248,000 bases of DNA from NCBI GenBank assembly GCA_009859145.1, contig VRVR01000013.1:144001-392000 (forward strand), given 5' to 3'. The notes below the pieces were generated by a model. That model was given only the letters and a program-made list of their open reading frames with translations. It searched no databases and was not told where the DNA came from. The stretch's first letter is position 1. Every line of letters starts with the position of its first letter. This DNA is from Andalucia godoyi And28. Taxonomy: Eukaryota; Protista; Jakobida. The translations under genes and the position numbers were made by a program. Shown piece after piece: positions 139,449-150,994 of the stretch.

Positions 139449-140950
139449 TTACTGCTCGTCGTCCATGAGTTCGTGTCCGTGCTCCAGGAGATAGTTTGCA
139501 GCGGCGTCCTCGTTTTTATCGCATGCAAAGTATGCTTGAGCAGCGAGGGTCTTTGGAAATCCCATGCTCGCAAGTCTTTCGATTGCTGCATTTTCCTCGG
139601 GAGTGACTCGGATGGCGCCCGGCGGAGCAACCTGTCCGCCACCCTGTCCGCCCTGTCCTCCAGCAGCAGACATTTGGCTGAGGGCAGCCATGGCGTGCTG
139701 TCTTTCCTGGTCCGACATTGGTTCCTGGAGCATCTGGATGAACTCGCGCTGGTTGGCGTTGATGAACTGGAGCAACTCCGGCGACGAGTCTCCCAGCTGG
139801 GAGATAATGGGACCAAGAAGCTGCGGTTGTGCTTGGACAAGCATTCTGATACCGAGAATCTGCGGATCCTGGCGCAGCGTATCCATCGTGATGGGACGTC
139901 CATCCTCCCCAGCACCCAATCCAAAATCATCTCCTCCATCGTCTTCCCCGTCGTCCTCCCCGTCGTCCTCGATATCATACATTGCAGCGTCCATTTCTGC
140001 CATTGGATTGCTGGAATCCGTCGCAGACTGCACCGATGTATTCGCCGTCGCAGCTGCTACTGCCGACGTCGATGGATGCGCAGTCGACGTGCTTGATGCA
140101 GGACGCGCAGCGGGCATCACAGGATCAATATTTGGCACACTTCCAGAAAGTAGGTAGTCAACAGCGCGGTCCGGGTTGTTAAATGCTGCACGCAGAGCAC
140201 GCAAAACAAGCGGACGGTCAAACCCCATCGAACACAGCTCCTGAATCACCGGCTCAGCAGCTGCGCCGAACACAAGATCGTTTCCAGCTGCTCCCGAAGG
140301 GCGAGCAGGAGCATTCGGAGCTGTCACGCCTGATGTAGTCGTTGCCGCCGGCGTCGAAACCGGCGTCGCCGCCAACGATGATGCTGAGGCTGACGAAGGC
140401 GCTGGAGTCGCTGGAACACTCGGCGTCGGTTCTAATGCTCACCAGAAAAAAAGAAAATCCGAAAAAAATAATAATACAAAGTATATGCAACACAAAACAT
140501 TAGTAAATTATTCGTGTTTTAGTAGAGGATGGGATGGCACCATCACCATACGCCCCGACGATGACGGTGAAGTAAGCACGAAGGATGGAGGAACAAAAAT
140601 GAAAGAAGGGAATGAGAAGGAGGAGGAGGAGGAGAAGGGGAGAAAAGGAAAAAAAAATAGAAGAGAAACATGAAGGAGAACATGCTGGGAGTATCTTCGA
140701 TCTTTGGTGCAGAAGGCTTCGACTTTGACACCATGATAACGAGGGACGCGCCGTCTTCGATTCCATTTGATGCGATAGAAGAGTCATCCGCGAGGACCTT
140801 TCCCTTGAAAATGAGCTTCTGAGCGGCCACGGGAGCCTCATTCGCACCCATTTGTGCCTCCAAAAGACCCTTGATGTGCGAGACCGTGTCTTCGGCTGCA
140901 CACGACACGGAAATCTTGGCTCCTGAAATAGTCTTGAATGTCAATTGCAT
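139449..140950 (-). CDS. RAD23: Rad23 ubiquitin receptor (spliced)
   Basis: UBL exon, MGF..AFNNPDRAVDYL, XPC-binding, second UBA. Confidence 0.9.
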
Positions 140951-141332
140951 CGCGGTTTTTCTTTTTTTTCTTTTTTTTTGTTTTGTTTTGTTTTGTCGCT
141001 TCTCTGTTTCTCAGCTTCTTACGAAGGATCAAGAAACCTAAATAAAATTAAACAAAAACTCCCCCAAAATAATAATAAAATAAATACCAACAACCAACAA
141101 CCAAAAAACAAAAAACCAAAATAAACGGGGTTTAAAGACATGTAAAATATAATTCACTGATAATAAAAGGACTGCGCTTCACGTCAAAAAAGAACGCCCG
141201 ACTTGAATCTGAAAGCATTCCTCTTAACATCTCGGCATCCACACTACAGCTGCTGTGTTTATGACGATTGAAAATGGAATTGCATAAAGTTTTTTTAAAT
141301 TTTTTATCTTTATTATACACAGTCGACAGAGT

Positions 141333-142289
141333 CTACCAAGCGATCTGGTGGGGGAGAGTGTGCAGCTGGTCGACAGGAAGCAGTTCGACGGCATCGGGTA
141401 CTCGTTCCCAGATGCCCCAGTGTGTGGAGAGATTTTTTGACTTTTTGACCTTTGCGCCGTCTTCGCTGGAGTGCAGAATGTGACGAATGTAGGGATCAGT
141501 GACCTGCTGCGGGACCATGAACGCGCCCTCTTTGTTTCTGGCTGTTAATTCTTCTTCAAAGTCGTCGTACGCAACCACCTTGCGAAACAGAGGATGCGCA
141601 TCGACTGCAGACCTCATCCAATCCCACAGCTCCTTGACATCGGTGACTGCATATAGCTTCGCACCAAGTCTTAGCACATGTGCATACTCGGCGAGCAGCT
141701 CGGGTGTGATGATCCTTCTTCTGTGATTCGACTTTTTGAAATGCGGGTCTGGATGAATGAAGAATATGCCGTTCAGCTGGCCCTTTTCAAAGTAGTTTGG
141801 CAGAAACCGCATGCCATTCGACCGGACAACCGATACATTTGTGTAGCGCAGCGGATTTTTCTCTCGTAGGTCTTCCATCCGCCCCTTTGCAAACTCGGCT
141901 ACGCGATCCCGGATCTCAATTCCAAGAAACACCTCGTCTGGGAACAGCGGCGCAAGTCGCACAAGCATGCCGCCCCACGCGCACCCGACATCGCACATCG
142001 TCACTTTCTCTTGCGGATACCCATCCGGTCGCATTGCTTCTTCCTCGGCCGACGATGCCAATGCCGCACTGAGCTGAGGATAGTACGACGAAAATGGAAA
142101 CAGCGATGGCCGAGCGGGAACATAGTATGTCTCGTCCGACAGCGGATTCGAATGCGCACGGACCTTTATTGGGAAGTTGTACCCTCGCTTCATCGAATAC
142201 TGCTTCTTCACTGCTTGAACACTCTCACTCTCACCGTCCCCTTCACCCTCACCGCCACCAGTTCCAAATGAGCCGCCCTTTTGCGCCAT
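141333..142289 (-). CDS. TRM8: tRNA m7G46 methyltransferase
   Basis: RAHSNPLSD, DVGC, GIEIR, PDPHFK. Confidence 0.92.
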   Translation of the reverse strand: MAQKGGSFGTGGGEGEGDGESESVQAVKKQYSMKRGYNFPIKVRAHSNPLSDETYYVPARPSLFPFSSYYPQLSAALASSAEEEAMRPDGYPQEKVTMCDVGCAWGGMLVRLAPLFPDEVFLGIEIRDRVAEFAKGRMEDLREKNPLRYTNVSVVRSNGMRFLPNYFEKGQLNGIFFIHPDPHFKKSNHRRRIITPELLAEYAHVLRLGAKLYAVTDVKELWDWMRSAVDAHPLFRKVVAYDDFEEELTARNKEGAFMVPQQVTDPYIRHILHSSEDGAKVKKSKNLSTHWGIWERVPDAVELLPVDQLHTLPHQIAW

Positions 142290-142547
142290 GATGATGTCCA
142301 GTAAGTATCCGCGTGCCTCGCCTTCTCTGTCGTTCAGAAGAAATCTGCCTTTTGTTTATTGTGCTGTTTGCCAGCAGTTTCATGAAAACCCTCTTCGAAA
142401 GACCCGCGAAAAGATGGTCGATACGCTTCCTTCTAGGATCCAGCATCAAGTCTGAACGTGCGCCCCTTCCCGCCATTCATCTGTGCTTCCAAAATCGCGT
142501 TGGGGAGGTTTCCACGATTTCCACACGCACACAAATAATAATAACAT

Positions 142548-144176
142548 TTGTTAATAGAGAGAAGAGAGGAGGATAGAACAGGGAGAAAAATGTTTGTATC
142601 AACGCAGACGGCCGCGCAAAAGTCCTGGCGTTTTCCGTCACCGGCCTCTCTTTCGGCGCGCCGTGCTCAAATATACCGCCACGGATGCCGTCTTTCGCGT
142701 CTGTCGCACTCTCACTCTCACTCTTATTCGCAGTCCAACTCCAGCTCATCCCAGTCAGAGCCAGCGTGCGATCGTGCGAATCCGTCTGTTCTTGCGTTGT
142801 CTCTGGCTCATCCGTACCGCTCGGACGAGCAGCTTTCGCACGGGGAAGGACAAGGCCAGCGTGATGTAGAAGACCTGGAAGATGTAGAGGAAGGAGCTGG
142901 AGAGGATGACAAAGTGGGGCTTAGTATTGCCGAGTGTGCGCTGCTGGAGACCGCTGCACTGGGTCGGCTGTTTGCGTATTTTCATCATCCAACACGCTTT
143001 CTGACTCGTTCGTCTCGTCCAACAGCCAGTACTGCAGGTGCTGGTAGCAGCGGCCAGGCGCTGTCGACGCATGTTCTCTACACGGCGGCTGCATATGTAC
143101 GCCGATTCTACTCGCGAGTGTCCGTGCTCGAGGCAGACCCGACACTCATTGCTGTCGCTGCAGTGTTTCTTGCTGCCAAGGTTGAAGAAGCACACATTGC
143201 TCCGTCGCACCTCATTTCCCAAGTCCTTGCTTTTGAGTCCTCTTCTTCCACCTCTTCTTCCGCCTCTTCTTCCGCCTCTTCTTCCGCCTCTTCTTCCGCT
143301 TCCTCGGCATTGTCGTCATCGAGCACAATAACAACGGCACTGAACGACGTGACATTGAAGCGCGCAGAAGTGGTGTTGGCGAGTGTGTTGCGATGGGATT
143401 TGCATGTTCCTTCTGCCCATCGTTGCGTCCTCGGTCTCTATGATCCATCATCATCATCATCATCTTCTTCTTCTTCTTCATCGTCCCATGTATTGGATGT
143501 GGTGCATGAAAGAATTGACACGTGGGCCGTGCGCACGGATGCGGTGCTCTTGTATCCTGCATCCGTCATCGCTGCAGCAGCTCTTCTGTCTGCCTCTGCG
143601 GATGACCACTCCGGTAGTGCTGGAGGAGGGAGTGGAGTTGGTGGCGGAGCAGTGATTGAAAAGTATCAGAGTTCAGCGGGCGCGCAGTATGACCTGGTTG
143701 AGATTGCAGCAATGCTGGACGCGCAAGTTGCGGAAGAAAAGGGGGGCAAATCAGAGATGGCAGAAAAGAGAGAGATGGTGCGAGTTGCAAGGGCGCGATG
143801 GGCAAAATGTAGAGTCCGCGAGACGGATGTGGCAAGTGCACAGTTCGAGGAGCTTGAAAGGGCTCGAGGAGACCACTGGGCGGAAAAGCGGTCGCAGAGG
143901 CTCAAAGAACGCGCAATAGTCGAGAAGGAGGAGGAACTGGAGTTGCTCATGGGCAAGCCAAAGAGACTCTTGCGCATTGCTCCCGACGACGACGACGACG
144001 ACGACGACGACGCTGATGGCGCTGATGGCGCGGATGGCAACCATGGCGAGGGCCGACCCCGCAATCACAATCGCAGTCGCAATCGCAGTCGCAGTCGCAA
144101 CCACATACACAATGGCAATGGCGGTGATAGCGATAGCGATAACGACGACGATGATTCATGGCTTAAACGTGTCTAA
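142548..144176 (+). CDS. Cyclin H-like protein
   Basis: TQTAAQKSWRF, YVRRFY, FLAAKVEE. Confidence 0.65.
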   Translation: MLIERREEDRTGRKMFVSTQTAAQKSWRFPSPASLSARRAQIYRHGCRLSRLSHSHSHSYSQSNSSSSQSEPACDRANPSVLALSLAHPYRSDEQLSHGEGQGQRDVEDLEDVEEGAGEDDKVGLSIAECALLETAALGRLFAYFHHPTRFLTRSSRPTASTAGAGSSGQALSTHVLYTAAAYVRRFYSRVSVLEADPTLIAVAAVFLAAKVEEAHIAPSHLISQVLAFESSSSTSSSASSSASSSASSSASSALSSSSTITTALNDVTLKRAEVVLASVLRWDLHVPSAHRCVLGLYDPSSSSSSSSSSSSSHVLDVVHERIDTWAVRTDAVLLYPASVIAAAALLSASADDHSGSAGGGSGVGGGAVIEKYQSSAGAQYDLVEIAAMLDAQVAEEKGGKSEMAEKREMVRVARARWAKCRVRETDVASAQFEELERARGDHWAEKRSQRLKERAIVEKEEELELLMGKPKRLLRIAPDDDDDDDDDADGADGADGNHGEGRPRNHNRSRNRSRSRNHIHNGNGGDSDSDNDDDDSWLKRV

Positions 144177-144424
144177 TCCATACCGTTTTACTCATACATA
144201 TGTACACACATGCACATTCATCTGTCCTGTGATTATATCTGCCCCGTGAGAGTGCATTTTTGTCGCATAGAGCGCACGTTCCCATCCACCACTGGACCTG
144301 CCGTAATCGAAAACGCGTCCCTTGTGCATCTGTCAGCTGGTTCTTTTGAAAACCCTTTTTAAAGGAAAGCTTTTCCAATAGCTTCGAATTCATTGTTCCT
144401 GTTGTTGTTGCCTTTATCATTCCC

Positions 144425-145816
144425 GTGTGTCTCTCCACGTCCACGTCCACGTCCACGTCCAGGAGCTTGTTGATGATCATGATGTCGAGTTACTCGCGCC
144501 TGTTGCGAGTGCTTGTGCTGGCGTGTGTAGTTGTCGCGAGCGTGTGTCCCAGTCCGGCACATGCGAACCGAGGGCCGTCGCCGGGCGTAGCATTACGCGA
144601 TGCCTCCGGTTCATCCTCTGTGCTGGTCGTGCTCGACAGCCGGCAGTCGGTGCCCGCGGTGCTCGATGGCGTGCTGCGTGCCGCGGGTCTGGCACTCGCT
144701 ACCGCCTCGGCTGCGGACGTGTCCTCGCAGAAAGTGCGTCTCGGTCGACATCTGTCAGCTGTCATCGTCCTTGCCGCTGCCGCTACGGGCATTCCCGCCG
144801 ACTCACCCTTCTGGGATGCTCTCACGGCCCACGTCGACGACGGCGGTAACGCCCTTCTTGTCGCCGCTCAGCCCGCCGCAGCTTCGTTTTTGGCCTCATG
144901 CGGACTGAAGCTCCATCCAGCAGGCTCCTCGACGATCCGCGACTTTGCATCGGACCACACCGGGCGCACTACTCTCGCTGCGGCTTCCTTTCTCGGAATT
145001 CCCGCCAACTCGTCCTTTCACTACGCCGACTCTTCGTCTTCGTCTTTCTCTGTGCCGCTTCTCACCAAAGACCCCTCCAACGGACTCGTGGTTCCCATTG
145101 TCAGTCCTGCCTGGACCGCCCACATCTCTTCCTCCTCCTCTTCGTCGTCCTCTTCGTCGTTGGGGTCAGTTGTGCTGGTGGCTGCGCTCCAAGCCCGCTC
145201 CAATGGTCGTATTGCTGTAGTCCCGAGCGCGTCCTCGCTGTCGGACCCTGCAAACGCAGCAGTTGTAGTCGCACTTCTCGAGTGGACACTCCAGCAAACA
145301 CGCGTCGTCCGTGCGGTTTCGTTTTCGTTTTCGTCGTCGTCGTCATCGTCGTCATCAACGGCGGCGGCGTCTGGATCCTCGGGGCAGCTGACGGTCGAGC
145401 AACCGTTGCATGCGACGGTTCGGCTGGAGCGCTACGACCGCGAGCAAAAAGCGTGGATCCCCGCGGGCGCAGCCGAGGGACTCGAGCTCAAGCCCGTGCT
145501 GGAGTTCTCGATGGTGTCACCGTACGTGCGACAGCCGATGACGTTCCGCCCAGACGACGGTCTGTTTGCGACGGATTTTGTGGTTCCGGACCAGCCGGGC
145601 GTGTTCACGATCCGCGTGCTGCTTCGCCAGCCAGGATTCTCGTTTGTGGACATCCGACAGACGATCGGCGTACGACCACTGAACACCGATGAATACGAGC
145701 GGTTTCTGCACGAAGCGCAGCCGTACTATGTCGCCGCGCTTTCTGTCATGGTCGCTGCTGCCGCGTGGTTCATGGCCTTTGTCTACCAGTCCAACTCAGA
145801 CTCTTCCCGCAAATAG
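144425..145816 (+). CDS. WBP1: Oligosaccharyltransferase 48 kDa subunit
   Basis: ALQARSNGR, EFSMVSPYVR, PDQPGVFT, VRPLNTDEYERF. Confidence 0.85.
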   Translation: MCLSTSTSTSTSRSLLMIMMSSYSRLLRVLVLACVVVASVCPSPAHANRGPSPGVALRDASGSSSVLVVLDSRQSVPAVLDGVLRAAGLALATASAADVSSQKVRLGRHLSAVIVLAAAATGIPADSPFWDALTAHVDDGGNALLVAAQPAAASFLASCGLKLHPAGSSTIRDFASDHTGRTTLAAASFLGIPANSSFHYADSSSSSFSVPLLTKDPSNGLVVPIVSPAWTAHISSSSSSSSSSSLGSVVLVAALQARSNGRIAVVPSASSLSDPANAAVVVALLEWTLQQTRVVRAVSFSFSSSSSSSSSTAAASGSSGQLTVEQPLHATVRLERYDREQKAWIPAGAAEGLELKPVLEFSMVSPYVRQPMTFRPDDGLFATDFVVPDQPGVFTIRVLLRQPGFSFVDIRQTIGVRPLNTDEYERFLHEAQPYYVAALSVMVAAAAWFMAFVYQSNSDSSRK

Positions 145817-145975
145817 CTCCTTTTTTATCAACCCTTGTCAATAAAACCACAATCAACAACAAACAACAGCAACAAGAGAAACAACGATGATTTTACTTTT
145901 GGGTATCTTAATTTACGTACTGTGCCTACCACGACTACCTACCACGACTGCCGAGTACCGACTCCTTATGAAGCT

Positions 145976-146239
145976 CTAGGAAGCGACGGGGCCCTTTCCA
146001 CCGGGGATAAGAGCGGCGATTTGGTTACCGTTCAGCATCATTGTATCGCGTTTCGACACGACTCGGAAAGAGCCGGGAGAGTCTTCTGCATACTCGGTGG
146101 CATTCTGCAGCACGAGATTCACGTGGTCATCGAACCCAATCAGCGTGCCCGTAAACTCCAAATCGGACTTCATTACTACCCAGATCGACCGATTCATGCA
146201 CTGATCCACAAGCCCAAGAGGCTGCATTCGCTCCGTCAT
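145976..146239 (-). CDS. LSM5: U6 snRNP Sm-like protein LSm5
   Basis: PLGLVDQC..IWVVMKSDLEFTGTLIGFDDHVNLVL. Confidence 0.88.
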   Translation of the reverse strand: MTERMQPLGLVDQCMNRSIWVVMKSDLEFTGTLIGFDDHVNLVLQNATEYAEDSPGSFRVVSKRDTMMLNGNQIAALIPGGKGPVAS

Positions 146240-146518
146240 TCTCTCTTCTCCTTTCTCCCTCCCCTTCTCTCTCTCCCTCTCTCTTTCTCTCTCGCCAAAA
146301 GCCCAACTCTTTAAGATTTGTGACTATCGCCTCACTGCTTTCACGCACGGTGGACGAAATGTCGACTGTTTTCGACCGTTTTTGCGGAAAGCTTTGATGG
146401 TTCTCCTCTACAGTCGCTGCGAGTGGGGTTTCCCGAATGAAAAATCGGACTGCGTTTGCTTTCTTCTTGTCGGTTTTTAAATGACTGTTGGATTTCTTTT
146501 TGCGCTTGTTGATATGGT

Positions 146519-147445
146519 TTGATTTTGATTTTCAGGATTTGGGATGGAAGAGACGAGAGGGGATCCGAGATGCAGAGGATAGGAAGTGCGTGTCGATCGG
146601 TGTTCTTGAATCAGGCTGCAAAGTTGCGGATGCTGACAAACTCGATTCGTTCGTCGCCGTCGCCGTCGGCATCGCCATCGACTACAAGAACAACAACAAC
146701 TACTGCTACAGATGGTGGCGGTGGTGTTTCGTCTGCGCGGTCGTCGGGTTGGGGTGTAGAGAGAATGGAAAAGATGCGAGAGTCATTGTTGGGGATGCAG
146801 AGCAGTGTTCGAACGATGAATGCAAAGATTGCGAGTGCGAATCAGAGTTTTCGGGAGTCTGTCAAGGATGCAGTACAAGATCTGCACGAGGACATTCGAG
146901 AAAATATACAGTTGAAGACGCAGGGGCTCTCCGACTCGGTGAGCAGCAAGACAGATGCGCTCAAGCAGTCGGTGGTGTCTGCCAAGGACTCGTTGGCAGA
147001 TGCCGTGAGCACCAGAGCGGAGGTGCTTAAGGACACTGTCAAGGACAAGGTGGAAGATGTGCGCGAAGACCTGGCGAGTGTGAAGAGTTCTCTGTGGAGA
147101 AGAGTGGCTCCCGTTGTTTCGCCGGCATCGGTACTGTCAAAGAGCGCGTCCATGCTTGGAGTGAACTTGGCTGCCATCCAGCAGTCGGTTGATCTCGTCC
147201 TGGGTGTTGGAACGACCGTGATTGCGGTGCAGTTGCTTCCTGCGCCGTATGCGATTGGAATGGGAGTTGCGGTCGTCCTGGTTCGTGTCATCCGCAGAAT
147301 GTCAATGCTCGCATTGGCGGTACCGTGCGTTCTTTTCGCTGTGTTTGCGTATGAAGGGTACTGCGTCGTCGTTCCTGTGGCGGAAAGACACCCGTTTGTA
147401 CGCCAAATCGACCATTTCCTCGGACGCAAAGACGATCCTGCGTAG
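146519..147445 (+). CDS. Hypothetical membrane protein with helical repeats
   Basis: 308-aa ORF with C-terminal hydrophobic segments. Confidence 0.4.
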   Translation: MILIFRIWDGRDERGSEMQRIGSACRSVFLNQAAKLRMLTNSIRSSPSPSASPSTTRTTTTTATDGGGGVSSARSSGWGVERMEKMRESLLGMQSSVRTMNAKIASANQSFRESVKDAVQDLHEDIRENIQLKTQGLSDSVSSKTDALKQSVVSAKDSLADAVSTRAEVLKDTVKDKVEDVREDLASVKSSLWRRVAPVVSPASVLSKSASMLGVNLAAIQQSVDLVLGVGTTVIAVQLLPAPYAIGMGVAVVLVRVIRRMSMLALAVPCVLFAVFAYEGYCVVVPVAERHPFVRQIDHFLGRKDDPA

Positions 147446-147629
147446 CCAAGAGTTCACTATTTTTCATAACTTATCAAACTTTTATCAATAATAACGGACA
147501 CCGACAATGTCAACATTCCCCAACCAACCTTTTCCCTTATATCCCATACCTTATTCCATATCTCCTGTTTTCCCTTCTTTTCGTTCTCTTTGGGTGTCGA
147601 ACAGATTACTGCGTTGCATACTACCCTAC

Positions 147630-149123
147630 TTACTTACCTTCTAGGAAATCCTCGTCGAAAAAACCAACAACGGTGACGATCATGCACAGGATGCCAATGA
147701 CGAGGATGGGATAGACGATAGCAGGATGCCCGAGTACATGGTAGCCGTACTTTGATCGCAGATTGTCTTTTCCAAACATTTGTATGCATACTTTTCTAGA
147801 TTTGAGCAGCAGGATGACAGGCAGGATGATGATCATGACGAAGCCGACGAGTCCCGCAGGTCGCAAGATGAGGTCGAGCTGTTTTGCGCCGATCGCCATG
147901 AGAATTGGCGGAATTGCTGCAACGAGTCTGGAGACCAGTTTCTTCTTTCTGGACATTTTCAAATCCGGTCGTGCACCCGCAAGCGTGTTCCCCAGCGTGA
148001 GTGCGTTGAGCGGAAACGCTGAGAGCACGTCCAGCGCCGGGAACAAGACCACAAAGTACGACACAAATTGTGCCCATATGGGCACCGTCTCGTCATGCGC
148101 TGCTCCGCCTCGAAAGTATGAAAAGTTGAGCGATGCCGTCGGCTCCGTATACGTTCCATAGTACAGCGCCATGCTGACTCCAAGCATCGTATACAGCACA
148201 AATGTCGTTGCATACATGCCGAAGAACATGTTTCTCGCAGCAGGCCACTTCTTCTTCAGCGGCTGCATCAAGCCGGGTGTCGAGTGGTGCATGACATTTG
148301 CGTACAGCAACACCGGCACTAGCACGACAATGCCCGATGCCTTGACTGCACGCAGCCCAGATGCATAGTACGGAGCGCTTGTGCCGCTTCCCACCGCATC
148401 GTCTGCGTGCCGCGACATGCTGTATCGGTCGTGGTACAACGCCCAGACGGACACCACGGTCATCGTACCAATAGCGAGAAACCGGCATGTTGTGAGGGCA
148501 ACCTGGATGTATTTTTGCTCTTCAAGATCCAGACATGTCAGGGGGACTGCAATAATGGAAAACACAGCAAGCCAGAACAGATACACCCCTTCGCACGCGC
148601 TAGACGAGTCGCTGTATATATCGCATGTCCGCCACTCGCCTTCCGAGTAAAAAGGAACATTCGCAGAGAACGATTGCGCAAACACAGACGCATACGAACA
148701 GAGTGCGGCTATAAAGTACAGCGCAGAAAGCACAGCATACACCCGCATCAGCCATTTCCCAACGAACAGTTCGCACAGAAACGGCACATCAAATCGCCGA
148801 AACGTAATTTCGTACTTCGGAAACCGACCGCTCTTAGACGAAGCCACAGCCGCAGAAGCAGAGGACGTAGAGGCAGAGGCAGAAGAGTTGTAGTCGGACG
148901 CCGGAGACAAGAGAGAGTACGCCGAGATAGAAGACGGAGAAGCAGAAGCATCCGAAGGACGAGCACTGACGACTGCCTCGGCTCGCGACGCAATCTCCAC
149001 GAGCCACAAAACACTAACAACGGCTATAACCGTAATCAGCAGCATATACAGTATCCCGAACGCCAGACCCGCATTGTAAAACCCCCATGGAATTCCAAGG
149101 ACTCCAACGCCTGTCACAAACAC
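147630..149123 (-). CDS. Amino-acid transporter (TMEM104/Aa_trans family)
   Basis: GVGVLGIP, multiple TMs, NVMHHSTP. Confidence 0.8.
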   Translation of the reverse strand: MFVTGVGVLGIPWGFYNAGLAFGILYMLLITVIAVVSVLWLVEIASRAEAVVSARPSDASASPSSISAYSLLSPASDYNSSASASTSSASAAVASSKSGRFPKYEITFRRFDVPFLCELFVGKWLMRVYAVLSALYFIAALCSYASVFAQSFSANVPFYSEGEWRTCDIYSDSSSACEGVYLFWLAVFSIIAVPLTCLDLEEQKYIQVALTTCRFLAIGTMTVVSVWALYHDRYSMSRHADDAVGSGTSAPYYASGLRAVKASGIVVLVPVLLYANVMHHSTPGLMQPLKKKWPAARNMFFGMYATTFVLYTMLGVSMALYYGTYTEPTASLNFSYFRGGAAHDETVPIWAQFVSYFVVLFPALDVLSAFPLNALTLGNTLAGARPDLKMSRKKKLVSRLVAAIPPILMAIGAKQLDLILRPAGLVGFVMIIILPVILLLKSRKVCIQMFGKDNLRSKYGYHVLGHPAIVYPILVIGILCMIVTVVGFFDEDFLEGK

Positions 149124-149929
149124 ATCCCCTCGTCAGTCATAATGAATCATGCATGCAAAAGCACGACAAACTGCAATCCACCCAACCAACCAAAAAAAAG
149201 AGAAGAAAAGAAAAGAAAAGAAAAGAAAGACCCCATTTTCGACAAAACAATAGAAAGATACGAGATACCAGAAAGGAAACGACATACCGAGAATGTAATT
149301 TACGCACATGGAATACCCAACAAACGTCGAAAAGGTCGCCACATGCGCGGGCGCAGGCACCTGTGACGACCGCGAGAGAAGCGACACTTGCTCATCCGTA
149401 AGCACCGGCATTCTCCAGGCAAGCCTATAAGTAGTGCCTTTTGGCTGCACAACTTTCAGTGAAACAGAACGAGTTCTTATTTGCTTCGCTGATTTATTAT
149501 TCAAAAAAATAATAACAAAATACAACATAATTAGCATATTCTGTTTCCTGTAAGGCACAGCTATATCCGTAAGGGCGCTTCCATAAAATTTCCATTTAGA
149601 AATTCCAGCAGTTCCTCAAACCGGTCTTCTTTTTCCCCTTTCCGTTTCTCTCTCGTTTCCTTTTCCCTTATGTCTGTTATCCGCTGTCTCTCGTCCCTTG
149701 GATTTTTGTTTGTTGAACCCATTCCCTTTTTCCTTTTTCCCTTTCTCCCGTTTCACCTTGGACTTCGTTGTGTCAAATAAAATATTGAATAAAACACTGC
149801 TGTGTTCGCATTTTGATGTTTCACCGTTTTTATTTGGCACCACATCCTCCTCACACTTCGCCACACGTTGTCGGGTTTGTCGGTTTTGTCGGCTTCATAC
149901 TTGCACATCTTCGGAATCCGATGGTGTAG

Positions 149930-150598
149930 GCGGTGAAAGCTGCGCTCCGAGAGCGGCTGCGCCATCCCGATCTGCACGATACCCTCCTGAGTTGGGTGAA
150001 CGATTCGCCGTTCATCACGTGGCGCGGCGCACTCCTGCTAAACCACTACCTCGCCCTTGTGTTGGAGAATGACCTGCCCTTTCCCGATTTCAAGGATCCG
150101 TTCTGTTGTAGCTGTCGCAGTGTTGTCGATAAAAATGTCGACAACGACACGGACTTGTCCGTTTGTGTGTAGCCGACGGTTTGTTTCTTTTATTCTTTGT
150201 TCGTAAAATAAATCAGATAGGTTTTATTATTTTAGGTGACATAACAACCGCCGATTCCGCGGACGTGTCAAGAAGCAGCAGGTGACGGCCAAGCTGCTGG
150301 ACCGTCTGGCTACCCGCGACCAGGTGGCACCCTTTTTTCGGTTCCACCAACACCCGAAGAGGGTGCGCATGCGGATGCTCGAGAATCCGGTGTTGCGTCG
150401 TGAGCGCTTCGTGCCCCGGGGGGTTGAGACACTGCGCCATAGTGAACTGTCCATCTGGCCGCCGGTGCGTGGGCCGCGATGCCAACACCGCGATGAACAT
150501 TCGTCAGTGCTGGCTCAGCCGACCGCGGCTCTTGTGTCGGAATCCACGCGGTATTCCCAGTCCAAGCGAGCTGGAGTCTCGCGTAGGGCACTCATGAA
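149930..150598 (+). mobile_element. Family B main copy: internally deleted Fanzor1-like element
   Basis: VKAALRERL..GALLLNHYL N-terminus; LRHCAIVNCP..GRDANTAMNIRQCWLSRPRLLCR C-terminus. Confidence 0.7.
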
Positions 150599-150994
150599 GA
150601 TTGAAAATGTCTGGTTCTGCCGAGGATTTCACGCCTCTCGTTCCTGGGAATCCCTGCATTGATTTAAATAGGTGTGCCCTAAATGCAATGGCATAGTACT
150701 TTCCCGCACCTTTTTGTTTTACATTACAGCTGCTGAGCCTATTATGGTGTGCTGCGAGACGAACGTCATTCGCAATCAGGGCGCGTGAGGAGCACATGGG
150801 CGTGCGAGCAGGGTTCTTGAGAGACTTCTCGTTTTGGGAGTTTGAAAGGGGGCTGCAAGGGCTGGGGATAATGATGGCGGGGGGTTCCCATTTCAGCCAT
150901 TCCAAACGTTCATCTCTGTCTTGGTTCGTTTCGCATCGTCATCTTGCCATAAACAGCAAAAAACACAAACACAAAAAAATCCAAAGAACGAGGT

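Noticed and set aside
139145-139978. N-terminal extension of the 1850-aa ORF
   Set aside because: Runs through the RAD23 3' exon and spacer; MON2 homology begins at MSLLANLEQ (139144).
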